A DNA stretch of 64,000 nucleotides from Verrucomicrobiia bacterium (GTDB lineage: Bacteria > Verrucomicrobiota > Verrucomicrobiia > Limisphaerales > UBA1319): the NCBI GenBank assembly GCA_963664225.1, contig OY760937.1:4800001-4864000 (forward strand), given 5' to 3'. Below, piece by piece: positions 18,114-27,435 of this stretch. Below the pieces are notes generated by a model that saw only the letters and a list, made by a program, of their open reading frames with translations, did not search any database and was not told where the DNA came from. Both the position numbers and the translations under genes were made by a program. The stretch's first letter is position 1, and each line of letters opens with the position of its first letter.

Positions 18114-19637
18114 GTGTCTGCTTTGATCGCCATAGTTGGCCGACCTAACGTCGGCAAGTCAGCCTTGTTTAACCGCATCGTCGGCAAGCGCATTGCCATT
18201 GTTCATGACGAGCCGGGTGTCACGCGGGATCGCATTAGTGCCGAGGCCGAGTGGCATGGGCACCCATTCACCCTTGTGGATACCGGGGGCATCGGGATGC
18301 TGCGCGGGGAAAAAACGGGGGATGTGCTCGCGCAAGCTGCTTATGCGCAGGTCCAGATTGCCATTGAGGCCGCGCAAGTGGTCATTCTCGTGGTCAATGT
18401 TCAGGAGGGGTTGATGCCTTTGGACCGGGAAGTGGCAATGCGTCTGCGAACCGCCGGGAAAACTGTTCTCGTGGCGGTCAATAAGACGGATCAAGCCGGC
18501 GCGGAGGCCAATGCGGTGGATTTTGCGGCCCTGGGTTTTCCGAAAATCCTGCCGGTCAGCGCGATTCATGGGCGTGGCATTGACGCGTTGATGGATGCGG
18601 CGATGAAACATTTGCCCAAGGAGGACAGGGTGAAGCCTGCGTCCGACGCCGGGGCGGAAACCAAAACGTGGCCTGAAGGTCCGCTGAAGATTGCAATTGT
18701 CGGGCGGCCCAATGTGGGGAAATCCTCGCTGACCAACGCGCTGACGCAATCCGAGCGGGTCATTGTCTCACCGATTCCGGGCACCACGCGCGATGCGGTG
18801 GATGTGCCTTTCCAGGTGGAGTGCGACGGGGTGAAGCAGGATTATATTTTGATCGACACGGCTGGTTTGCGCAAACGGCGGCATGTGGACAACACGGTCG
18901 AGTTTTACAGTGTCTCGCGCGCCGAGGAGTCCGTGCGGCGCAGCGACATTGTGGTGTTTGTGCTGGATGCCGAATCGGGGATCATGGAGCAGGACAAGAA
19001 GATCGCCGATCTGATTGTGACTGAAAAGAAGGCCTGCGTGGTGGTGGTCAACAAGTGGGACCTTGTTTCGGAGGGCGTGGAAGAGGTGAGGAAGAAGGAA
19101 TTGGAGCGGCGCAAGGGGACCAAGCGGCGCGAGGGGGCGCCTGAACCGATGACGACTCTGGCGGCGTTTGCCGAATGGGTGCAGGGGGCCATGTTTTTTC
19201 TGGATTACGCGCCTGTCATTTTTACCTCAGCCAAGGAGGGATATCATCTGGATCGCCTGCTTGAGGCGATCCGGTATGTGGCGGCGCAATTGTGCCAGCG
19301 GGTGCCAACGTCCCTGCTGAACCGGGTGATTCAGCAGGCGATTGAAACACGACAGCCGGTAAGCGATCAGGGCCATTTTCTGAAGTTCTTTTACGCAACG
19401 CAGAAAGCGATTGCCCCGCCCACATTTCTGCTGTTCGTGAATCGAAGGGAAATTTTCTCGCCGCCGTATGCAAAATATCTGGCGGGAGTGCTGCGGAAGA
19501 ACTTTGGATATGAGGGTTGTCCCATTGTGTTCGAAGCTCGCGCCCGTCCCCGAACGGTGGACCCCAAGCGCTCAAGGGCCAAGCTTGGGGAAAAGGGGAA
19601 GCGCGGCGGATTCAACCAGAGAAATCAGCGGGATTGA
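18114..19637 (+). CDS. der: Ribosome biogenesis GTPase Der (EngA)
   Basis: Two G-domains (GRPNVGKS twice, DTGG/DTAG, NKTD/NKWD) and a KH-like C-terminus; GTG at 18114. Confidence 0.97.
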   Translation: MSALIAIVGRPNVGKSALFNRIVGKRIAIVHDEPGVTRDRISAEAEWHGHPFTLVDTGGIGMLRGEKTGDVLAQAAYAQVQIAIEAAQVVILVVNVQEGLMPLDREVAMRLRTAGKTVLVAVNKTDQAGAEANAVDFAALGFPKILPVSAIHGRGIDALMDAAMKHLPKEDRVKPASDAGAETKTWPEGPLKIAIVGRPNVGKSSLTNALTQSERVIVSPIPGTTRDAVDVPFQVECDGVKQDYILIDTAGLRKRRHVDNTVEFYSVSRAEESVRRSDIVVFVLDAESGIMEQDKKIADLIVTEKKACVVVVNKWDLVSEGVEEVRKKELERRKGTKRREGAPEPMTTLAAFAEWVQGAMFFLDYAPVIFTSAKEGYHLDRLLEAIRYVAAQLCQRVPTSLLNRVIQQAIETRQPVSDQGHFLKFFYATQKAIAPPTFLLFVNRREIFSPPYAKYLAGVLRKNFGYEGCPIVFEARARPRTVDPKRSRAKLGEKGKRGGFNQRNQRD

Positions 19638-20266
19638 ACCGCTTCGGTGAACTGGCAGGCCAGGCTGGTCAATAGAGGCCAGTCCTTGGACTCCAATATT
19701 CCTGGAGAGACAAGCGCACTGCCCACGCCCAGGGCGGCGCTGCCTGCGCGCATGAAGGCAGCGGCATTTTTCAAATCCACGCCCCCTGTGGGGACCAGCC
19801 GTAAATGAGGCATGGGGGCCAGCAGGGCTTGGATGAAACAGGGGCCCAGGTTGTCCGCTGGAAAAATCTTCACAAAATCCGCGCCGGCTTCGTGGGCCGT
19901 CTGCGCTTCTGTCGGGGTGCAGGCCCCGAGCATGACCGCCCGGTCGGACTCGTGAACGGCGCCCACCAATTCGGGTCTGCAGATGGGGCTGACGATGAAT
20001 TGCGCGCCCGCAGCCAGACATGCACGACAGGAGGCGAGGTTGAGCACGCTGCCCGCGCCGATCAATGCCCGCGCACCAAACAGGCTCGATGCCGCCCGAA
20101 TGGCTTCCACTGCGCCGGGGGTTGTGAGCGTGATTTCCACAGCCACCACGCCACCCCGAATCAAGGCATCCACCAACGCCGGAATTTGTTCGGCACCCCG
20201 CGCGCGCACCACGGCAATGATGCCAGGCTGGCATAGCTGCTGACAGATTTCAGCGCGTGAGAGCAT
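19625..20266 (-). CDS. eda: KDPG/KHG aldolase
   Basis: IIAVVR, VEITLTTP, IGAGSV, FIVSP, TPTE, VKIFPA and VPTGGV. Start 20266 or GTG 20287. Confidence 0.92.
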   Translation of the reverse strand: MLSRAEICQQLCQPGIIAVVRARGAEQIPALVDALIRGGVVAVEITLTTPGAVEAIRAASSLFGARALIGAGSVLNLASCRACLAAGAQFIVSPICRPELVGAVHESDRAVMLGACTPTEAQTAHEAGADFVKIFPADNLGPCFIQALLAPMPHLRLVPTGGVDLKNAAAFMRAGSAALGVGSALVSPGILESKDWPLLTSLACQFTEAVQSR

Positions 20267-20289
20267 CGAATCAGGCTGGCGCGACACCG

Positions 20290-21561
20290 CTATTTTTTCT
20301 CATACACGACGCGCACCGCCTTGCCCTCCTGCCGGGCCAGGGTTCCCGGCGGAAACACATCGCCTTTGGGGCTGAAACCGAGGCGTTCCTTCAGATGTTT
20401 TTCCACCATGTAACCGGTCACTCCGGGTTCCGCCTCGACGTTGATGCGCAGGTCGCGCACGCCGTCATGGTCCTCGACGATCATCTGGTAATGGGCCAGA
20501 ACGCCCGGAATTTCCATGAGCGCCTGCTCGATCTGACGCGGGAAAAAGTTGACGCCCTTGATGATGAGCATGTCATCGACACGGCCGGTGACGCGGTCGA
20601 TCCTCAGGCAGGTGCGGCCGCAGGCGCACGGTTTGCGTGTCAAAACCCGTGTGAAATCTCCGGTCTTGAATCGAATGACCGGCATGGCCTCCCGGGTGAG
20701 TGAAGTGAAGACAATTTCCCCTGTTTTGCCATCTTCCACCGGTTCGCCGGTTTTAGGATCCACCACTTCCACAATGTATTGGTCTTCCCAGACGTGGATG
20801 CCGCAATGTTGCTGGCAATCCATGCCGGTGGTGCTGACGCCGCCGGTTTCGGTCATTCCGTAAATATCAAAGGCCTCGATGCCCAGGCCGTTTTCGATTT
20901 TTTCGCGCATGCTGTCTGAGAAGGTTTCAGCGCCAAACATGCCGATTTTCAGGGAGGGTATTTCGAGCTTTTGCGCCTGGAGCACTTCCATGATGCGGGT
21001 GGCGTAGGAGACGACGCCCATGAGTCCCTTGATCTTGAAGTCGTTCATGAGCTTGATCTGGCGCGGTGTGTTTCCGGCCCCGGCGGGAATGATGAACTGA
21101 CCGGCCTTGCGTGCTCCGTGATAAAAGCCGAAACCGCCGTTGAACAAGCCAAAAGAGGGGGTGATCTGGATGCCATCGGCCTGTTGGAGGCCCGCCATCC
21201 GATAGCATCGGGCCATGCATTCGGCCCATTGGTCGAGATCGGCCTGGGTATAGGCCATGACAACGGGAGAACCAGTCGAACCCGAGCTCATGTGCATCTC
21301 GCGCAATTCCGAACGGTTCACGCAGAGCATTTCCATGGGGTAGGCGAGGCGGAAGTCCTCCTTGTTGATGAAAGGGAGGCTGCGAATATCCTCGATCAGC
21401 TCGATATCGCCTGGTTTCACACCGGCCTTGTCCATTTTTGCCCGGTAAAATGGGCTGTTGGCATGGACGCGTTGGACAAGTTCCTTGAGCCTCTGCAATT
21501 GAAGGCTGGCCAGCTCGTCCCGGGACATCGTTTCCGCTTTTTGATTCCAATATAAATTCAT
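20290..21561 (-). CDS. paaK: Phenylacetate-CoA ligase family protein
   Basis: SSGSTG P-loop, FGAE, DIYGMTE, IRFKTGD and GRVDDMLIIKGVNFFP. Substrate not determinable. Confidence 0.85.
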   Translation of the reverse strand: MNLYWNQKAETMSRDELASLQLQRLKELVQRVHANSPFYRAKMDKAGVKPGDIELIEDIRSLPFINKEDFRLAYPMEMLCVNRSELREMHMSSGSTGSPVVMAYTQADLDQWAECMARCYRMAGLQQADGIQITPSFGLFNGGFGFYHGARKAGQFIIPAGAGNTPRQIKLMNDFKIKGLMGVVSYATRIMEVLQAQKLEIPSLKIGMFGAETFSDSMREKIENGLGIEAFDIYGMTETGGVSTTGMDCQQHCGIHVWEDQYIVEVVDPKTGEPVEDGKTGEIVFTSLTREAMPVIRFKTGDFTRVLTRKPCACGRTCLRIDRVTGRVDDMLIIKGVNFFPRQIEQALMEIPGVLAHYQMIVEDHDGVRDLRINVEAEPGVTGYMVEKHLKERLGFSPKGDVFPPGTLARQEGKAVRVVYEKK

Positions 21562-21697
21562 AACGAACCGCTTTGCTTTGTTATGCGGGCGAGCCTATGC
21601 CTTTCAATTTGAAAAAGTCAACAGGAAGAGCGCGTGCGAATCAATTATCGCGGGCATTTCAGGACAGCGAAGGCATTAATCGAAGGGATGAAAGCAT

Positions 21698-21734
21698 AAA
21701 AAAAGCGCCCCGCCGTTTAAGAGCGGGACGCTTT
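21698..21734 (-). terminator. Rho-independent terminator of the Gfo/Idh/MocA gene
   Basis: Minus strand AAAGCGTCCCGC-loop-GCGGGGCGCTTT plus T-run, 17 nt after the stop. Confidence 0.8.
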
Positions 21735-21750
21735 GTGAGTATGAATTAAA

Positions 21751-23139
21751 TCAGGATTCCCATCCGGCGCGATTGTTGCGGCTGACGAATTTAGCGGCAT
21801 CAGGCAGGTTGGGCGACATCATGTTCGGGCCGTCCCATTCCATGCGATTGCCTTCACCCATGCGCAGGGCGATGCAGCCGAGGAGAATGATTTCGGTCAG
21901 ATACGCGGCTACATCGAAATTTGAGTAAGCCGGCGTGCCTTCCTTCATCATGCGGAACCATTCCTGCATGTGACCCGGGGAGCGGGGGATGGTTAAAGGA
22001 ATATCTTTGCAGGCCTCGTGTTTGTCCCCGGCAACGAAGTCATCCTGGCCCTTGAGGGCGAGGTAGAACTGGGCGCCGTAGTCATCCGGCGAGAAGATCT
22101 TGCCTTTATCTCCGACGATCAGGGCGCCGCTGCCCGGGAGTTTGCCCATCATGGTGATGATTTCCTTGCTGACCTCGGCATCGGGGCGCAGAGGCTTCAG
22201 CGGATCGCCCGGATTGCCGTCATACCACCAGAATTTGATCGGAGGCAGACCTTCGCGTTCAGGGAACTCAAAGCGGATGCGCGAGGTCTTGGGGAAGGTC
22301 TCCGGGAAGAACTTGGAGGCCATTTCCAGCTCGACCACGTTGGGGAAGCCCAACTTGAGCGCGCGGAACGGCATGTTGACCGTATGGCAGGCCATGTCGC
22401 CGAGGGCGCCCGTACCGAAATCGAACCAACCGCGCCAATTGAATGGGCAATAGTTCTTTTTGTAAGGACGCATCGCCGCCGGCCCGAGCCAGAGATCCCA
22501 ATCCAGATTTTCGGGAACGGTGTCTTCGCCCGTGGGACGCTCAAGGCCCTGGGGCCACACGGGCCGGTTGGACCAGACATGCAGCTCAAGAGGCTTGCCA
22601 ATCACGCCCGATTGAATGACCTCGACAGCACGGCGCAGACCGTTTTCGGAGCTGCCCTGGTTGCCCATCTGGGTGGCCAGTTTCTTTTCCTTGGCCAGCG
22701 AGCGCATGATGCGCGCTTCCTTGACGGTCTGGACGAGGGGTTTTTGGCAGAAGCAGTGTTTGCCCATCTTCATGGCGCGAATCGCGGCTACGCCATGGTT
22801 GTGGTCAGGTGTGGAAACGGTGACCGCATCGATTTCGCTTCCCATTTCCTCGAGCAGCTTGCGGTAATCGCGATACTGTTTGGCCTTGGGGTAACGTTTC
22901 GCTTTGCTTTCGAGCGTGTTTTTATCGACATCGCAGATCGCGACGATATTGCCGCCGCAGGAGCCGGCGTCGTTGCTGTCGCTGTCGCCCTTGCCGCCGA
23001 CGCCAATGCAAGCAACATTGATGCGGTCGTTGGCGCCCAGGACATTACCCACATAAGGGAATGCGAGGGTGGAGGCACCCAAAGCCAGCGAAGCGCGGCT
23101 GAGGAATTGCCGACGATTAAGAACATTCATGTTAGCCAT
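21751..23139 (-). CDS. Tat-exported Gfo/Idh/MocA oxidoreductase
   Basis: NRRQFL, IGVGGKG, TPDHNH, CQKPL, QMGNQG, WDLWLGP and DFGTGALGDMACH. Confidence 0.9.
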   Translation of the reverse strand: MANMNVLNRRQFLSRASLALGASTLAFPYVGNVLGANDRINVACIGVGGKGDSDSNDAGSCGGNIVAICDVDKNTLESKAKRYPKAKQYRDYRKLLEEMGSEIDAVTVSTPDHNHGVAAIRAMKMGKHCFCQKPLVQTVKEARIMRSLAKEKKLATQMGNQGSSENGLRRAVEVIQSGVIGKPLELHVWSNRPVWPQGLERPTGEDTVPENLDWDLWLGPAAMRPYKKNYCPFNWRGWFDFGTGALGDMACHTVNMPFRALKLGFPNVVELEMASKFFPETFPKTSRIRFEFPEREGLPPIKFWWYDGNPGDPLKPLRPDAEVSKEIITMMGKLPGSGALIVGDKGKIFSPDDYGAQFYLALKGQDDFVAGDKHEACKDIPLTIPRSPGHMQEWFRMMKEGTPAYSNFDVAAYLTEIILLGCIALRMGEGNRMEWDGPNMMSPNLPDAAKFVSRNNRAGWES

Positions 23140-23319
23140 GGTATCCAATGGTTTGATTTTGGTTCGTATTAAAGTGCGAATGCAAAGATTTTTACGCTGG
23201 AAGCGGTGATTGAACAAGTTTTTTCGAACGCCAATTTGCCTTGGCGTTAGTATTTGACGCTCAACAGGATAAACGCGCCGCTAAAATGCCGGACACCGGT
23301 GGGGCGGTGTTGGCCAGGC

Positions 23320-23520
23320 TCACTCTTCAAAACACCTTCGGCCAGGTTTGCAGCAACCCGGGTGAACCGGTTGATCGTCCGCTCCCACTTCTGTGAGAGT
23401 GCGGTTGCACCAAAAATGACTGGAACCGCCGGCGGGTTCAGTGGTGGTGGGCTCAGTGTCCGGTTCGGGGTGCGGAATAAACATCTTCTTTGTCCGCAGG
23501 TTTTTACAGGATTCAGCCAT
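23320..23520 (-). CDS. Small Cys-rich hypothetical protein (66 aa), last gene of the molybdoenzyme operon
   Basis: ATG 4 nt after the FAD-subunit stop, same strand; C5, C38, C56, C57, C63; fills an otherwise empty gap. Confidence 0.6.
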   Translation of the reverse strand: MAESCKNLRTKKMFIPHPEPDTEPTTTEPAGGSSHFWCNRTLTEVGADDQPVHPGCCKPGRRCFEE

Positions 23521-23524
23521 AGGA

Positions 23525-24493
23525 TCAGGCGATGAGTTGAAGGAGTGTTCTTTGGATCAGAGTGCGCGCCATGGGGATTTTATAGGCGTTTTGCGAGAGC
23601 GGTTCGGCGTCTGCGAGCAGGCGTTGGGCCACTTGTGCGGCGAGGTCGGCATCCAAGTTTTTGCCTTCCATTAATTTTAGGGCAGCGGTGACAGTATAGG
23701 GAATTGGCGCGATGGATCCCAGGTAGATGCGTCCCGAAGCGATCTTCGAACCGTCCATTTGTGCGGCGGCGGCGCAACTGACCAGCGCCCAATCGAAATC
23801 CGCCTTCTGACTGATTTGCATATAGGAGCTGCGCGCGCCTTGGGACGGATTGGGTATTTCCACCCGGAGAATAAGATCGCCGGATTGCAGGGAGTTATGC
23901 GCGGTGGGATTGTCCCAGGCTCTGGCGTATAAATCGGCAATGGACCAACGCAGCATTTCGGTGTCCCGTTGCACAATGACCCGGGCATCCAGCGCAGCCA
24001 GGGCGATGCTGAGATTGGAAACGACCGGGCTGATGCAGGGATTGCCGGTAAAGAGGCTGTGGTATCGGTTTTCACCATCCCGGGCGTAACAGGTGGTGCC
24101 CCATTTTTTAAGGCATTTGACGTCGCGGTGACGGAAATACCAACAGCGGGAATGCTGGGCCAGGTTTCCACCCAGGGAGGCAACGTTTCGGATCTGGCGG
24201 GATCCTACATCCGTGGCCGCCTGATGGAGAGCGGGGAAGGTCTTTGAGAGATCGGCGTGGTCTTCGATTTGGGCGACGGTGACGTTGGCGCCTATGGTCC
24301 AGTATTCGGCACCGGGTTGAATGGTGTTCAGGCCGACGAGGGATTTGATATCGACCAGAATATCCGGTTCGACCAGGTATTCTTTCATCAGGCCCAGAAG
24401 GTCATTGCCTCCGGCGAGGTACGCGCCCTTCTTTCCGACCAATTCGCGGGCGCTTTCGATGGTTTGTGCGGTGGCAAATTGAAAGGATTTCAT
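23525..24493 (-). CDS. Xanthine dehydrogenase family FAD subunit (PaoB/YagS-like)
   Basis: YLAGGNDL and QIRNVASLGGN; four-Cys insert RCWYFR...C...C...C as in [4Fe-4S]-bearing PaoB/HcrB; LGSIAPIP. Confidence 0.9.
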   Translation of the reverse strand: MKSFQFATAQTIESARELVGKKGAYLAGGNDLLGLMKEYLVEPDILVDIKSLVGLNTIQPGAEYWTIGANVTVAQIEDHADLSKTFPALHQAATDVGSRQIRNVASLGGNLAQHSRCWYFRHRDVKCLKKWGTTCYARDGENRYHSLFTGNPCISPVVSNLSIALAALDARVIVQRDTEMLRWSIADLYARAWDNPTAHNSLQSGDLILRVEIPNPSQGARSSYMQISQKADFDWALVSCAAAAQMDGSKIASGRIYLGSIAPIPYTVTAALKLMEGKNLDADLAAQVAQRLLADAEPLSQNAYKIPMARTLIQRTLLQLIA

Positions 24494-26565
24494 ACGGCTT
24501 TGAATTTTCCAAGGGCGGCAAGGACACGAGCGGGGGTGATTGGGAGATGGGAAACGCGAACGCCGATGGCGTTGGCCACGGCATTGGCAATGGCGGCGGC
24601 GGTGGGAATGGTGACAGGTTCTCCAACTCCGATGACGCCACGCTCCGGCATATCGAGCAGCACGATGTCGATTTCGGGAACATCGGCGATGCCTGAGAGC
24701 TTGTAAGTTTCGAAATTGGGATTAAGGACCACCCCGCTTTCACGGTCCATGATCCGCTCTTCGAACAACGCATAACCCATGCCCATGATGATGCCTCCAT
24801 TGACCTGGCTTTCGCAGGTCAGGGGGCTGATCACAAGGCCGCAATCCTGAATGCAGGTCACTTTCTTGACACGCACCACGCCGGTTTCCGTATCCACCTC
24901 GACTTCGGCAAATTGAACGCCGCCGACGCCGTTGGAAGAAAGGCCCTGACGCCACTCGCCGGAAACCACGAGCGGGTTGACTCCGAGTTTTTTGCAGGCT
25001 TCGAGCCAATGCGAACCGCGGGCATCCGGAATGCCGGTTTTGGTTTGAAGCTCTTCAAGGGCGCGGGAGCAGGTGTCCAAAATGGCCGGGGAGACTGAGG
25101 CGCAGGTGGTGCTGCCGCCGCTGCCGCCGGAGGGCGGATAACGGGTGTCGCCGATTCTTGCGGTGATTTGTTCTGGGGACAGTTGAAAAATTTCGGCCGC
25201 GATCACGGAAATCACGGTTTTTGTGCCGGTGCCCAAGTCCTGTGTTCCGCAGCGGATTTCGACGCTTCCATCGGGATTGATTTGGGCCTCGGCCTTGGTG
25301 CCGCCGCCGCCGCCGCCCCAACTGGCTCCGGCGCAGCCAATGCCTGTTTTGATGACACCGGGGGAGCTGCCCGGCTTTTTGTATTTTTCCTTCCAATCGC
25401 AGCGTTCGCGGCCCATTTCGTATTCGCGTCGGCGGGTGGGGGAAGGATCATTCTTGATTCGAAACTCGACGGGGTCAATGCCCAACTTGACAGCGAGATC
25501 GTCCATCATGGACTCCATGCCGAAGGAGGCTTGGGGATGTCCCGGGGCGCGAAAGGCCCTGGCGGAACCGGCATTGACGGCCACGCCACTGTGTTGAACT
25601 CGGGTATTGGGGACCGTGTAAATGTACGGAGCAGGGAATTCAGCGCCACCTCCGCCTCCCTCTGTGGAACCGCCGCTACCGATTCCCGGAGTGCCGTAAG
25701 CTTCGAGTTGGTAGGCAGTTAGTTTGCCATCTGCCGATGCGGCCAGTTTAACATGTTGAAAACTTGAGGGCCGGTTTCCGGCGGCAAGGGCTTCATCGAA
25801 ACGGGTGAGCATGATCCTGACGGGCGCTCCGGCCATTTTCGAGAGATTGGCTGCCAGCGAACCTTCCACGCCAGGTCCGAACTTGGCTCCGAAACCGCCT
25901 CCCATGAATTCACTGATCACCTGAACCTTGCTTTGATCCACTTTGAGATTGCCGGCCAGACCTTCGCGGACGCTGAAAATCCCCTGGGTCGAGGCCCAGG
26001 CGGTGACTCCCTCATCGGTCCAGGAAACCGTGTTGCCGTGGGTTTCCAAAGCGTGATGCAATTGAACCGGTGTGCTCAGGAAATTTTCAACCACGGCTGC
26101 CGCTAGCGAGAAAGCCTTGTCGGGATCACCTCTCTCATTCACCCTTGGTTTGGAGAGATTGGGGGAATTCTCCCAAACTGCCGTCGAATCGTTTTTTCTG
26201 GCGTCCTCCTCCCGTACGACAAAAGGCAGGGGGGTGGCTGTGACCTCGATGACTCGCAGCGCGTCGAGACACGCCTGTTTGGTCAGGCCGGCCACGGCGG
26301 CAAGTTCCTCGCCATAATAACGCACTGTGCGGGAACCTTCGCGAACAGCCATGGCGGCCTTGATCCCGGGTACCTGGAGGGCCTTGCCCAGGTCAATGCT
26401 GGTCACTTTTGCAGCAGGCCATTTGCTGCGCAGGATCATGCCGTAGAGCCAGCCTTTGGGCTGAACGTCAGAAGTGTATTTGGCGGCACCGGTGACCTTG
26501 GCGCGACCGTCCACGCGCAGGGTGCGCTTGCCGATTTGGGTGGGTTTATCAGGCCAGGCTGGCAT
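24490..26565 (-). CDS. Xanthine dehydrogenase family molybdopterin-binding subunit (PaoC/YagR-like)
   Basis: RVDGRAKVTGAAKY, WASTQG, MGGGFGAK, AFRAPG, QDLGTG, GSGGS, SQVNGG and GVGEP (catalytic Glu). Confidence 0.93.
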   Translation of the reverse strand: MPAWPDKPTQIGKRTLRVDGRAKVTGAAKYTSDVQPKGWLYGMILRSKWPAAKVTSIDLGKALQVPGIKAAMAVREGSRTVRYYGEELAAVAGLTKQACLDALRVIEVTATPLPFVVREEDARKNDSTAVWENSPNLSKPRVNERGDPDKAFSLAAAVVENFLSTPVQLHHALETHGNTVSWTDEGVTAWASTQGIFSVREGLAGNLKVDQSKVQVISEFMGGGFGAKFGPGVEGSLAANLSKMAGAPVRIMLTRFDEALAAGNRPSSFQHVKLAASADGKLTAYQLEAYGTPGIGSGGSTEGGGGGAEFPAPYIYTVPNTRVQHSGVAVNAGSARAFRAPGHPQASFGMESMMDDLAVKLGIDPVEFRIKNDPSPTRRREYEMGRERCDWKEKYKKPGSSPGVIKTGIGCAGASWGGGGGGTKAEAQINPDGSVEIRCGTQDLGTGTKTVISVIAAEIFQLSPEQITARIGDTRYPPSGGSGGSTTCASVSPAILDTCSRALEELQTKTGIPDARGSHWLEACKKLGVNPLVVSGEWRQGLSSNGVGGVQFAEVEVDTETGVVRVKKVTCIQDCGLVISPLTCESQVNGGIIMGMGYALFEERIMDRESGVVLNPNFETYKLSGIADVPEIDIVLLDMPERGVIGVGEPVTIPTAAAIANAVANAIGVRVSHLPITPARVLAALGKFKAV

Positions 26566-27211
26566 AGGGAATTACCTCAATATTACTGGTTACGGTCGCG
26601 CCGGACGCTTTTAAAACGGCTTTGATAATGCGGGGCTGGGTGCCGCATCGACAGATGTTTCCAGCGCAGGCGTGTTGTATGTCCTGGGCCGTTGGATGGG
26701 GATTGAATTTCAAAAGGGCGGTTGCGCTCATGATAAAGCCCGGAGTGCAGTAACCGCACATGAGGGCGTCCTGTTCCAGGAAAGCCTCTTGAACATTGTT
26801 GAGTTTACCCTCCGGACTCAGGCCTTCGACAGTGGTGATCGGCTGGCTCTGGGCTTCGATGGCCAGTTTCATGCAAGCGTAAACGGGCTGGCCATCCAAC
26901 CAGACGGTGCAGGCCCCGCAGGTGCCGCGGTCGCAAACCTCTTTTGGGCCGGTAATGGATAGATTATTACGCAGGACATCGAGCAGGGTGACGCGTGGTT
27001 CGACCTCAAGATGAAACTCTTTGCCGTTGACCTTCAGGGAGATGGGGACAGCGCCAGGACCAAGGATTTTTTCCGAGCGTGTCTGCTCCAATTGTTCTGC
27101 CATGTTTTGAGCCTGGGTCGCAGCAGTGGCCACCGCGGTGGTGCCCAGACTCTTGAGGAAATTGCGCCGGGTAAGACTCGTTCCAGGCGCATCCGGTGGT
27201 GGTTTGTTCAT
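26549..27211 (-). CDS. Xanthine dehydrogenase family 2x[2Fe-2S] subunit with Tat signal (PaoA/YagT-like)
   Basis: TRRNFLK, CDRGTCGACTV, CGYCTPG and GNICRC. Confidence 0.93.
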   Translation of the reverse strand: MNKPPPDAPGTSLTRRNFLKSLGTTAVATAATQAQNMAEQLEQTRSEKILGPGAVPISLKVNGKEFHLEVEPRVTLLDVLRNNLSITGPKEVCDRGTCGACTVWLDGQPVYACMKLAIEAQSQPITTVEGLSPEGKLNNVQEAFLEQDALMCGYCTPGFIMSATALLKFNPHPTAQDIQHACAGNICRCGTQPRIIKAVLKASGATVTSNIEVIPYASLA

Positions 27212-27435
27212 CGACAATTATTTTCCATTCACTTTGATTGGACTCCGCCCCAAGGACGACCCGCGTGATCACCCGCCCCAGCTAATCATGGTAATTAAAG
27301 TAATTCATGCCCCGGGTTATGCAAAAAATATTTGGGCGGGAACATGCCACGGAAGCGCGGTGGATGCCGGGGAGTGCAGATGAGGACAGATGTCGGAGAA
27401 ATCGTATCCGGCTCTGAACGCAGAATTTCCGCGTG

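Noticed and set aside
22018..23172. 384-aa + strand ORF
   Set aside because: Antisense shadow of a GC3-rich oxidoreductase gene; no protein motifs.
27212..27435. Possible Moco riboswitch or operator upstream of the molybdoenzyme operon
   Set aside because: No Moco RNA motif recognised; only a short imperfect CATG...CATG symmetry.
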